DNA of 62,925 bases from NCBI GenBank assembly GCA_045604085.1, contig JAZUNK010000023.1:1-62925 (forward strand), written 5' to 3'. The notes beneath the pieces were generated by a model. The model saw only the letters and a program-made list of their open reading frames with translations, was not told where the DNA came from and did not search any database. The DNA comes from Candidatus Nanosyncoccus sp. (GTDB lineage: Bacteria; Patescibacteriota; Saccharimonadia; Saccharimonadales; Saccharimonadaceae). A program made the translations under genes and the position numbers. Positions 30,734-39,311 of this stretch are shown one piece after another (within the stretch, counting starts at the first letter, position 1; every line of letters begins with the position of its first letter).

Positions 30734-32368
30734 TTATTTCTGTCTATTTCCAGGCATCATCATTTGATTAGTGTTACTATTACCAACTACAGTAGTAATA
30801 CTGGAAATTGTAAAATCTTGATATTTTGTACCGTTCAGATAAATTGCGTAAGTTTCGCCAAGTTTAAAATTCTCCGAGCCGACTGAAATATGATTAAAAG
30901 TTTTTGCAGAAGTATGAGAAATAATTGTTTCGTTTGCTGAATTTTTAATTTCAATTTTAGTTCCAGAGGCCTGAGCGGAAGCGAGATAGATGCTTGCATT
31001 ATAAACTGCTGAATTAGAGCCTAGTGTTTCAGCCATACCACTAGCGCCAACAGCAATTACTGTTCCGCCACTCATGCTGATTCCAGCACCAGCATCTAAT
31101 GCGCCATTACCGTTATTTGTTGGTCCATCGACTATAATGGTTCCACCGTTAAAGTAAAGATAGCCATTACTGTCAATACCGTCGCCAGACGAATTAACAT
31201 AAACATTCCCGCCGCTAATCGTTATTATACAACTCGTGTCCGCATCAAAGGCACCGGCGCCTTGACGATTTGTCGCCGATGCGTCAGCTCCCCCGCCAGC
31301 ATTCATCCCGTCATCAGAAGCAATAATGTTGATTTCTCCGCCATTAATAGTAATCGCTTGAGCTTCAATCCCTTCGTAAGATTTTTTGATCGCAATATTC
31401 CCACCGTCGATAATTAATTCTTTATCAGCATGAATGCCATCATCGCCGGAAGTTATTTCAAAGTTACCGTCGACAATTCCAACGTAATTATTAGAATGGA
31501 TTGCGTCGTCATAAGTATTGATTTTGAAATCGCCGCCATATATTAGTATACTGTTTATAGCTTTTAGGCCCTTTGCGGATGAAATAATATCAAAAGATCC
31601 TTTTTCAATTAGGACGAATCCTTTTCCAGTATCAGTTTCATTCGTAGATTTAATAGCATCAGCAACTGAATTAATTGTAAAATTACCATCGACGATATAA
31701 ACCGAATCTTTTCCACGAATTCCATCGTCGTTTGCCGTGATGTTATATATTCCACCGTTAAATTTTAAATCATCCTTGCTCACTATACCGTCTTGATATT
31801 TTGCAGTTAAATCTAAACTACCGTCGCCCTGAAAGGTTAAATCGGCTTTAGAATAAATTGCTCCCGTAACATCTTCATCATAATCGGCAGAATAGCTTGC
31901 ATTATCTTCCAAAGTGTTTTCACCAACGAGCTCGATTACTAGATCGTCAGCAGAATAACAAGCAATCGCTGGGCCAGAAGAGTTTTTAATATTGACATTG
32001 TCAAGAATTAATCTCACGACCCCATCACCGGCATTAATGATAATTAACCCGTCATTTAAATTTCCGGTAAGATGGTAGGTTCCAGATTCGGTGATAGTTA
32101 ACGTTTCGGCTAGTTCAACATCGAGAGTTTTGTAGCGATCCCAGTTTATTTTGAGGTCACCATTATCGGCCGATATTGTGCCTTCAATTTTTGTGCTGGA
32201 GCCATCTATATGATTATTGTTCATTATTATAGTAGTTATAATAGCTACAAAAATAACTAGACCGATAAGAAACCATTTTGCGTCGATCCCAGTCTCAAAT
32301 TTTGGTCCAGGAAGATCAGTCTTGATTACCGGTGCCTTCTTGGATTTTTTACCATTAGTCTTCGTCAT
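30734..32368 (-). CDS. Carbohydrate-binding beta-helix protein (DUF4353/Cthe_2159-like)
   Basis: ITESGTYHLTG, repeated DGI/DAI.S/GG.F.I units, DGIDSNG. Confidence 0.85.
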   Translation of the reverse strand: MTKTNGKKSKKAPVIKTDLPGPKFETGIDAKWFLIGLVIFVAIITTIIMNNNHIDGSSTKIEGTISADNGDLKINWDRYKTLDVELAETLTITESGTYHLTGNLNDGLIIINAGDGVVRLILDNVNIKNSSGPAIACYSADDLVIELVGENTLEDNASYSADYDEDVTGAIYSKADLTFQGDGSLDLTAKYQDGIVSKDDLKFNGGIYNITANDDGIRGKDSVYIVDGNFTINSVADAIKSTNETDTGKGFVLIEKGSFDIISSAKGLKAINSILIYGGDFKINTYDDAIHSNNYVGIVDGNFEITSGDDGIHADKELIIDGGNIAIKKSYEGIEAQAITINGGEINIIASDDGMNAGGGADASATNRQGAGAFDADTSCIITISGGNVYVNSSGDGIDSNGYLYFNGGTIIVDGPTNNGNGALDAGAGISMSGGTVIAVGASGMAETLGSNSAVYNASIYLASAQASGTKIEIKNSANETIISHTSAKTFNHISVGSENFKLGETYAIYLNGTKYQDFTISSITTVVGNSNTNQMMMPGNRQK

Positions 32369-33040
32369 TTAAATCTCCTCTTCTTGACAAGGCTCAGATA
32401 ATAAAACTTTTAAATTACAATTTTTAACGCGAATTTCATCTAGAAATTCTTTTTCCTTTACGCCGTGTCTTATTTTTACGTCATATGTAAGCTTATAGAG
32501 ACTGCCCATATTCATAGTCTTCATACGCACTAGATTTGCGCGAGAGGTATATTTTTTAAATATGTCGGCAAACACATCTTCGTAGTCTAAATCTTCTGGA
32601 ATAACTATTTTGAGAACTCGTTCATGACGATCAGGCTCAAGAAAATGCGTGTAGGTAAAGAAGACTATAGCGATAATATAAATTAACATAATTACCGTTG
32701 CGAAAAGCACGTGACCCATACCACAGGCGAGACCGATCATCATTGCGGCAAAAATTGCAAGAAGATCTTTCGCGCGTCCTGCAATAGAACGAAAACGAAT
32801 AAGCGAGAAAGCACCGAGAATTGCTATCGAGGTCCCAAGGTTGCCATTTATCATGATCATGACCGCCATCACGAGAACCGGTAGAACCGCAAGTGTAATC
32901 ATCATTCCTTTTGTAGTTTGCGAGGTTTTCGCATGCGAAATCGCAAGTGCAACTCCAAGTATTAATGCAACTCCAGCAGAAATTAAAGCACTTGATATTT
33001 CAAGACCAGTTGATGTGAAATCAAATATACTATTGAACAT
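32369..33040 (-). CDS. DUF4956 membrane protein
   Basis: GNLGTSIAILGAFSLIRFRS, IPEDLDY, MGSLYKLTY. Confidence 0.9.
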   Translation of the reverse strand: MFNSIFDFTSTGLEISSALISAGVALILGVALAISHAKTSQTTKGMMITLAVLPVLVMAVMIMINGNLGTSIAILGAFSLIRFRSIAGRAKDLLAIFAAMMIGLACGMGHVLFATVIMLIYIIAIVFFTYTHFLEPDRHERVLKIVIPEDLDYEDVFADIFKKYTSRANLVRMKTMNMGSLYKLTYDVKIRHGVKEKEFLDEIRVKNCNLKVLLSEPCQEEEI

Positions 33041-33758
33041 TTTGCTCCTTTATTATTTTTTGATAAATTTTGCCAACTTTACTAAATTGCTGCGGGTAAA
33101 CCTTTTGCTCCGACATGACTTCTGCGAGCCAGAGAGGAATTACGCCGTGCGCTTTAACTTCCATAATAATGTTATGGTCGTCCTTAAAATAAATTTTATC
33201 ATGCTTTTCTTTAACGAAGCTTAAATTTTTATTGCGATACTTCAAATTTTCGTCGAAAGTAATTCGAAGTCCATCGTCATTTTTGTAACTTTCGCGATCA
33301 TAAATAACCAAAAGCTTCGGCTTTAAATCAAATTTTTCGATTAAATAATCAACTTCTTTTGCAATTTGAAGATCATTTTCAGTTTCAATGGATTCTTGCG
33401 ACAACTCAGTTAAAGTTTTATTCTTGCTAATTAATTCCTTAAAATCATCGTGCGTAATCATCACGCGACGTTTATAGCCGACATTATTTTCTTTACCGCG
33501 AATTTTAGTTTTAATTTCGAGAAAAACTCGGTCATAGCCGCCATAAGAGCGGGCACGAAGTTTTTCTTTAAAATCAGTCCAATCGATCGATTGCGTAATT
33601 AAATCGTAATTATCATTGTCAAAATATAAGTTTAAGACTTCAGATTTAAAATAGCTGTCTTTTTTCATATTATTTTCAATAACAGCCAATAGATGTTTTT
33701 TCTGGTCTTTGGTGATTAGATATTTCTTTTCGATACGATCGAATACTTTATTGTCCAT
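33030..33758 (-). CDS. VTC/polyphosphate polymerase domain (CYTH-like) protein
   Basis: RIEKKY, LYFD, KEKLRARSY, FLEIK, LRITFD, MEVK, FSK. Confidence 0.9.
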   Translation of the reverse strand: MDNKVFDRIEKKYLITKDQKKHLLAVIENNMKKDSYFKSEVLNLYFDNDNYDLITQSIDWTDFKEKLRARSYGGYDRVFLEIKTKIRGKENNVGYKRRVMITHDDFKELISKNKTLTELSQESIETENDLQIAKEVDYLIEKFDLKPKLLVIYDRESYKNDDGLRITFDENLKYRNKNLSFVKEKHDKIYFKDDHNIIMEVKAHGVIPLWLAEVMSEQKVYPQQFSKVGKIYQKIIKEQNVQ

Positions 33759-33765
33759 ATATATT

Positions 33766-33798
33766 ATATTATATACTATAGGTTAAAATTAGCTTAAA
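33766..33798 (-). promoter_or_regulatory. OmpR/CiaR-type direct-repeat box and -10 for the VTC operon
   Basis: Minus strand TTTAAG-N5-TTTAAC, 10 bp, TAATAT, 7 bp, ATG. Confidence 0.65.
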
Positions 33799-33968
33799 AT
33801 AACTGCATAGAGCGAGCCCACTTATTTTTAACAACTTTTCCTCATCCGAGGCGAGTAAAGTTGCAAGCCCGAAGGGCTGTGCAACTTGATCGAGACGAGG
33901 ATTGAGCGAAACGTTGTGAAAAATAATATGGCGCGAGCGTAAAGCAGTTATTTTAAGCTAATTTTAAC
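33782..33968. repeat. Long palindrome (fold-back element 2) with 25 bp perfect terminal inverted repeat
   Basis: GTTAAAATTAGCTTAAAATAACTGC (33782-33806) / complement (33944-33968); apex GCCC-GAA-GGGC at 33867-33877. Confidence 0.9.
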
Positions 33969-33984
33969 GCTAATATATTATAAT
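33952..33984 (+). promoter_or_regulatory. OmpR/CiaR-type direct-repeat box and -10 for the response regulator
   Basis: TTTAAG-CTAAT-TTTAAC, 10 bp, TATAAT, 7 bp, ATG. Confidence 0.7.
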
Positions 33985-33991
33985 CGTAAAT

Positions 33992-34654
33992 ATGAGAATA
34001 TTATATGTTGAAGATGAAAAATTTTTAGCCGAAGCGGTTGTACATTTGTTAAAGAAAGAGAAGATTGTAGTAGATTGGGCGGCAGACGGAGAGGAAGGAC
34101 TAAAGCTTGCCCTGAAACCTAGCTATGATGTAATCGTGCTTGATATTATGCTGCCAAAAATTTCTGGGTTGGAAATTTTAAAAACAATTCGTGGACGAGG
34201 GATTAAAACGCCGGTAATCATGCTGTCCGCTTTGAATGAAGTTGAGGATAAAATCCGAGGATTAGATTATGGAGCGGACGACTACCTCGCTAAGCCATTT
34301 AAAACTGCAGAGTTAATTGCAAGATTAAATGCATTGGCTAGGCGACCAGCTTTAGTCGAAGCGAAAGTATTAAATTATGAAGATCTGGAACTAGATTTAA
34401 CGAATCGAACGTTAAACGGGACAGAGTTAACTGATAAAGAAGCTGGGATTTTTGAAATGTTAATCAAAACACCAGGCTCGGCGATTACGAAAGAGCAAAT
34501 CCTGGCGCACGTTTGGGGCTCGGAGGCAGAGTTTGAAGAAAATTATGTGGAAGTTTATGTATCTTATCTGCGAAAAAAGTTGAAAAGTTTAAACTCGCGC
34601 GCTGAGATTAAGACAATACGTAATTTAGGTTATAAATTATGTTTAAAAAATTAA
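33992..34654 (+). CDS. OmpR-family response regulator
   Basis: VEDE, LDIMLP, GADDYLAKPF, winged helix VYVSYLRKKL, TIRNLGY. Confidence 0.95.
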   Translation: MRILYVEDEKFLAEAVVHLLKKEKIVVDWAADGEEGLKLALKPSYDVIVLDIMLPKISGLEILKTIRGRGIKTPVIMLSALNEVEDKIRGLDYGADDYLAKPFKTAELIARLNALARRPALVEAKVLNYEDLELDLTNRTLNGTELTDKEAGIFEMLIKTPGSAITKEQILAHVWGSEAEFEENYVEVYVSYLRKKLKSLNSRAEIKTIRNLGYKLCLKN

Positions 34655-35562
34655 GAAATAAATTAATCTGGATCAATCTTGGAATTACGTCGATGGTGAT
34701 TTTGATTGTTTTTTCGGCAATTTATGTTTTTGCAACCCGTTCGGCGGAGCAAAGACCGCCGATGAATGCAGAAAAAATTGAGTTTTATCCGGATGATGTT
34801 GAGAATCTTGTACAAATTTCAATCGCCAATGAGAGAAAATCTGCTGCACAGAATCTTTTGATGACTTTAGTGATGTCTGGAGTAGCAATTGAACTAGTGG
34901 TAGCGTTTATTTCATATTTTCTGGCAGAGGAAGCCGTCAAGCCGGTGCGTGAAGCTTATGATTCACAAAAAGTATTTATCGCTAACGCTTCGCATGAAAT
35001 CAAAACTCCGCTTGCGGCGATCTCGGCCAATCTCGAAGCGGCTGATATAAAAGGCAATAAATGGATTTCAAATGTGGAAAAGGAGACGGCAAAATTGACC
35101 GCACTAAATAATGAACTGCTGGATCTCGCGCGGACAGATTTAGTCAAGGAATCTAAGATCGAGGAAGTTAATTTGGGCGATTTGATAAACAAATTAACTG
35201 ATGGGTTTGAGCCGAGGTTGGATGGTATCAGATTTAAAAAAGAGGGTTTGGCGCGCGGTAAAGTAAAACTGGCCGTCGCTGATTTTTCGCAGATTTTCGG
35301 CATCTTGATGGATAATGCTATTAAATATTGTGATAAAAAAATTATATTAAAAATTACAAATCATGAACTGATAATTTCAAATGACGGCGCAAAGATTCCC
35401 GAAAATGATTTAGCGCATGTTTTTGAAAGATTTTATCAGACAGACAAAACGTCTGAAGGGGTTGGTCTTGGTCTTTCGATCGCAAAGTCTATTGCTGAAC
35501 GAAATGGATGGGACTTATCGGCACTGAGTGAAAAGCTAACGACTTTTACATTAAAATTTTAA
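34639..35562 (+). CDS. Sensor histidine kinase
   Basis: Two TMs, ANASHEIKTPL, DNAIKY, FERFY, GLGLSIA. Confidence 0.93.
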   Translation: MFKKLRNKLIWINLGITSMVILIVFSAIYVFATRSAEQRPPMNAEKIEFYPDDVENLVQISIANERKSAAQNLLMTLVMSGVAIELVVAFISYFLAEEAVKPVREAYDSQKVFIANASHEIKTPLAAISANLEAADIKGNKWISNVEKETAKLTALNNELLDLARTDLVKESKIEEVNLGDLINKLTDGFEPRLDGIRFKKEGLARGKVKLAVADFSQIFGILMDNAIKYCDKKIILKITNHELIISNDGAKIPENDLAHVFERFYQTDKTSEGVGLGLSIAKSIAERNGWDLSALSEKLTTFTLKF

Positions 35563-35665
35563 AACATAACCGTGTATTTTAAAAAAATAATATACATTTT
35601 AACAGAGAAGGAATAAATTATAATATTAAAATCGAAAAACCTGTCGTCATGATATAATAATATAT

Positions 35666-38600
35666 ATGTTAGAAATTCGGAGAGTGGCGAAGGTCTATGA
35701 GACCGGTGGAGTTAGTCGTGCGGTTTTAAAGAAAGTATCGATTAATTTTCGCACTTCGGAATTTGCAGCGATTTTGGGCCCTTCGGGATCCGGGAAGACG
35801 ACACTTCTTAATATTATTGGTGGTTTAGATAAATATACTACCGGGGATTTGATAATTAATGAAAAATCGACAAAAAAATTTCGGGACAAAGACTGGGATT
35901 CATACCGAAACCATCGAATTGGATTCGTTTTTCAGAGTTACAATTTAATACCGCACCAGACTGTCTTACAAAATGTACGATTGGCGCTTACGCTTTCTGG
36001 AATTTCTAAACGTGAGTCAATACGTCGCGCAAAAAGAGCGCTGAAAGAAGTTGGTTTAAAGGACCATATCTATAAGCGCCCGGCGCAGCTTTCAGGCGGA
36101 CAGATGCAGAGAGTCGCAATCGCACGAGCCCTAGTTAATAACCCAGATATTTTATTAGCGGATGAGCCAACTGGGGCGCTGGATTCTGAAACAAGCATCC
36201 AAGTTATGGAAATTTTGAAGAAAATTGCTAGAGACAAACTCGTAATTATGGTAACGCATAACCCCGAGCTGGCGGAAAAGTATGCAACGAGAATTATTTC
36301 CCTTAAAGACGGAGAAATTACATTAGACTCCGACCCTTACGATGGAAAAATTAAAACCGATTTAGACCTTAAGGAGACAGAACGAAAAAGCAAGAAGACA
36401 AAAATGTCTTTTATTACAGCTTTGTCTTTGTCATTAAAAAATTTACTTACAAAAAAAGCACGAACTATTCTGGTTGCGGTTGCGGGGTCAATTGGGATTA
36501 TCGGGATAGCGCTTATTAGCGCGGTTTCAACTGGCTTTCAAAATTATATAGATAAAATTGAAGAAGATACCTTAACTTCGTATCCGTTAACCTTAATGAA
36601 AGAGTCGGCAGACGTAACTGGGATACTACTGAGTCTGACTGGTAATGAAAACGCTGCGACTATTGATGGAAAATTGCGTGAAAATCAGATCCTTACCTCA
36701 ACGTTAGGAAACGTGTCAAACAACGATCTGCCAAGTTTTGTAGATTATCTTAAGACTCATCAAGATGAAGTTGAAGGCGACATTAGATTAATGGAATATG
36801 AATACAACGTCGATCCGTTAATATATACGATCGACACCACGGGCGAATTGGCGAAGCTGAACCCGAGCAGTTTATTCACCTCGCTAATCGGAGAATCGTC
36901 GCTACTTTCTAATTATTCGTCAATGACGTCGGTTTTTCGGCAGTATGATTTAGAGAATTTAAAGAATGATACTGAGCTAGTAGCGGGACGATACCCAGAA
37001 GAATATAATGAGATGGCTTTAGTATTATCGAACCCGAGCCAAATTTCGGATTTAATTACTTACTCGTTAGGTTTTCATGATACAAGAGAACTTAATAATA
37101 TCTTATCTAAAATTTTAAGTGGAGAAAATGTGACAATTGACAACGAGCCGTTAGAATTGACTTATGATGATATATTTAACGCGGATTTACGACTTATACC
37201 GGCGACCTCGACATATAAATTTAATTCTAAATATGATGTATATGAAGATATGAGTGGCGACAAAAGTTACATGCTAGACATCTATAACGATGCGGAAAAA
37301 TTAAAAATTGTAGGAATCTTAACGCCGGATGGGGAAATGGTTGCAGGCGGAAATGGTATAGCATATCTACCATCATTAGTAACGCATATCATCGGAGAAG
37401 CAAGTGATACGGAAATTGTAAAGAAGCAGCTAGCCAATCCGTCGGTTGATATATTTTCGAATACCAAATTTGGCGAAGAAGGAAATGATTTTAATTTTGA
37501 ATTCTCGGATCTAGTATCAATAGATGAGGCGAAGTTAACACAAGCGTTTGGAGTAAAAATCGACCAAAATGCGGTTTCAGCAAAAATAAAGGAATATATG
37601 AGTCAGATTTCTGATGATATTACGGCAGATGTATCGCCCGTGAAGAACGTTTTAATCGAGAGATTCCGGAGTTTAGCTGGGGAGCTAGAGACTAAAATCA
37701 CAACCGATGGTGGTGCTTTTATGAAAGCTGATATTTCTGAGATGGTGGAAAATTTTATTGGCGAGCAGAATTTTAGCGATTTAGAAAGAAACTACTATGC
37801 GCCGGAGGATAGGTTCATGGAAATGTATAATGGACTACTTACTGGATTACTTAATGCCTATGCGGAAGGATATGGAACAATGGTGACAATGTCCGGAGGA
37901 GCTTTTGATCCTAATGTTGATCCTGTCGTTTTATTACCTACGGTTTATGCGCAAACGCTCGAAACTTATCTCGGGATGACAAAGGTAGATATGGTTTTTG
38001 AGGCGATTTCAATACCGGTGACTGAGATAAACATGCAAAAAGATGTTTTGACCGCAGTAGGTAATTTAACATCATATTTAACTTCGAGTTTTGTGGAAGC
38101 CTTTAAAGTAGATCAAAGCGCGATACTGGGGGCGTTTCGGTTGAACTTTTCAGAAGATGAGCTATCCCGCGTGGTGACGGCGATGTTTACAAAAAAGAAA
38201 TCGACTCTAGCGACGAACCTTTCTGCATTAGGTTATCAGGATTTAGACGATCCAACTGAAATTGCATTTTATTTCTGGAATTTTGACGGCAAAACACATT
38301 TCATGGAATTCTTAGATAATTATAATGATTTAATGGATGATCTTAACCAGGAAGAAAAAGTAATAGACTATGCTGACACAACGGGAATATTAATGTCGTC
38401 GGTTAAAACAATCGTAGATGCAGTGTCGTATGTTTTAATTGCATTCGTGTCGATTTCTTTGATTGTTAGCTCGATTATGATTGGAGTAATTACTTATATT
38501 TCGGTTTATGAGAGAACGAAAGAAATCGGGATTTTGCGCGCAATTGGTGCTTCTAAGCATAATATTTCTTCGATTTTTAATGCAGAGACATTTATCATCG

Positions 38601-38827
38601 GGTTGTTGTCGGGAATTTTTGGTGTGGTATTTTCCTATTTATTAATACCACCAATCAACCTGGTGCTGCATCATTTTACGGGAGACATACCACTTTCGGC
38701 GGCGCTTGACTCCAAAATGGCATTGTTCTTGATTGGGCTTTCAATAATCTTGACTTTAATTGGTGGATTAATTCCGGCAAAATCAGCGTCTAAAAAAGAT
38801 CCGGTAGAAGCATTGCGAAGCGAATAG
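35666..38827 (+). CDS. MacB/FtsX-type fused ABC ATPase-permease
   Basis: GPSGSGKT, LSGGQMQR, DEPTGALD, large extracellular loop, ERTKEIGILRAIGA, DPVEALR. Confidence 0.92.
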   Translation: MLEIRRVAKVYETGGVSRAVLKKVSINFRTSEFAAILGPSGSGKTTLLNIIGGLDKYTTGDLIINEKSTKKFRDKDWDSYRNHRIGFVFQSYNLIPHQTVLQNVRLALTLSGISKRESIRRAKRALKEVGLKDHIYKRPAQLSGGQMQRVAIARALVNNPDILLADEPTGALDSETSIQVMEILKKIARDKLVIMVTHNPELAEKYATRIISLKDGEITLDSDPYDGKIKTDLDLKETERKSKKTKMSFITALSLSLKNLLTKKARTILVAVAGSIGIIGIALISAVSTGFQNYIDKIEEDTLTSYPLTLMKESADVTGILLSLTGNENAATIDGKLRENQILTSTLGNVSNNDLPSFVDYLKTHQDEVEGDIRLMEYEYNVDPLIYTIDTTGELAKLNPSSLFTSLIGESSLLSNYSSMTSVFRQYDLENLKNDTELVAGRYPEEYNEMALVLSNPSQISDLITYSLGFHDTRELNNILSKILSGENVTIDNEPLELTYDDIFNADLRLIPATSTYKFNSKYDVYEDMSGDKSYMLDIYNDAEKLKIVGILTPDGEMVAGGNGIAYLPSLVTHIIGEASDTEIVKKQLANPSVDIFSNTKFGEEGNDFNFEFSDLVSIDEAKLTQAFGVKIDQNAVSAKIKEYMSQISDDITADVSPVKNVLIERFRSLAGELETKITTDGGAFMKADISEMVENFIGEQNFSDLERNYYAPEDRFMEMYNGLLTGLLNAYAEGYGTMVTMSGGAFDPNVDPVVLLPTVYAQTLETYLGMTKVDMVFEAISIPVTEINMQKDVLTAVGNLTSYLTSSFVEAFKVDQSAILGAFRLNFSEDELSRVVTAMFTKKKSTLATNLSALGYQDLDDPTEIAFYFWNFDGKTHFMEFLDNYNDLMDDLNQEEKVIDYADTTGILMSSVKTIVDAVSYVLIAFVSISLIVSSIMIGVITYISVYERTKEIGILRAIGASKHNISSIFNAETFIIGLLSGIFGVVFSYLLIPPINLVLHHFTGDIPLSAALDSKMALFLIGLSIILTLIGGLIPAKSASKKDPVEALRSE

Positions 38828-38875
38828 ACTTGTGGTATAATTTTATTTGTACCGAATTAATACGGTGGCGATTGT

Positions 38876-38950
38876 TGGGGATTCGCCAAGTGGTAAGGCA
38901 TCGGGTTCTGGTCCCGACATTCGGGGGTTCGAATCCCTCATCCCCAGCCA
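38876..38950 (+). tRNA. tRNA-Gln(CTG)
   Basis: TGGGGAT/ATCCCCA acceptor stem, TCGGG-TTCTGGT-CCCGA anticodon arm, CCA end. Confidence 0.95.
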
Positions 38951-38993
38951 TGCTCTTCCAGAGAGCTTTTTTGTTCGGGACTCGTTCTTCGAA

Positions 38994-39210
38994 TCGAATC
39001 CCTCATCCCCAGCCATGATAGTCTTTGATGAGAAGAAACTAGGAAAGCGTAGCTTTCCGAAGGATACGAGAAATGTAAAAAATCTAGAGCTCGCTCTAGT
39101 ATTTTTTACATTTTGAGTAGACTGAAGGGGCATAGCCCCTAGTTTCTTCTTGACGTAATTATCTGGCTCGCAGGGAATATAGGGATTATATATCCCTCAT
39201 CCCCAGCCAT
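38994..39210 (+). repeat. Two extra direct copies of the tRNA-Gln 3' end
   Basis: TCGAATCCCTCATCCCCAGCCATG at 38994-39017; ATCCCTCATCCCCAGCCAT at 39192-39210. Confidence 0.9.
38997..39187. repeat. Long branched palindrome (fold-back element 3)
   Basis: AGAAGAAACTAGG/CCTAGTTTCTTCT, AAATGTAAAAAAT/ATTTTTTACATTT, side hairpins GGAAAGC-GTA-GCTTTCC and GGGGC-ATA-GCCCC. Confidence 0.85.
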
Positions 39211-39311
39211 TTTATTATTATGTTATTCGATAAAATATGATATAATGTTCTACGGCATGGCGGGCGCAAAAGCTCCGCCTTGTACTTTTTTAGAAGGAGG
39301 CAGAACAAAAA

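Noticed and set aside
23810-35600. Shared GTGTRTTTTAAAAAAAT motif upstream of sortase (23810) and ABC transporter (35572)
   Set aside because: Very AT-rich with only two copies; cannot be distinguished from chance without a genome-wide scan.
38929-39210. CRISPR-like repeat-spacer pattern
   Set aside because: Repeats are tRNA 3' ends, spacing is irregular and no cas genes are present.
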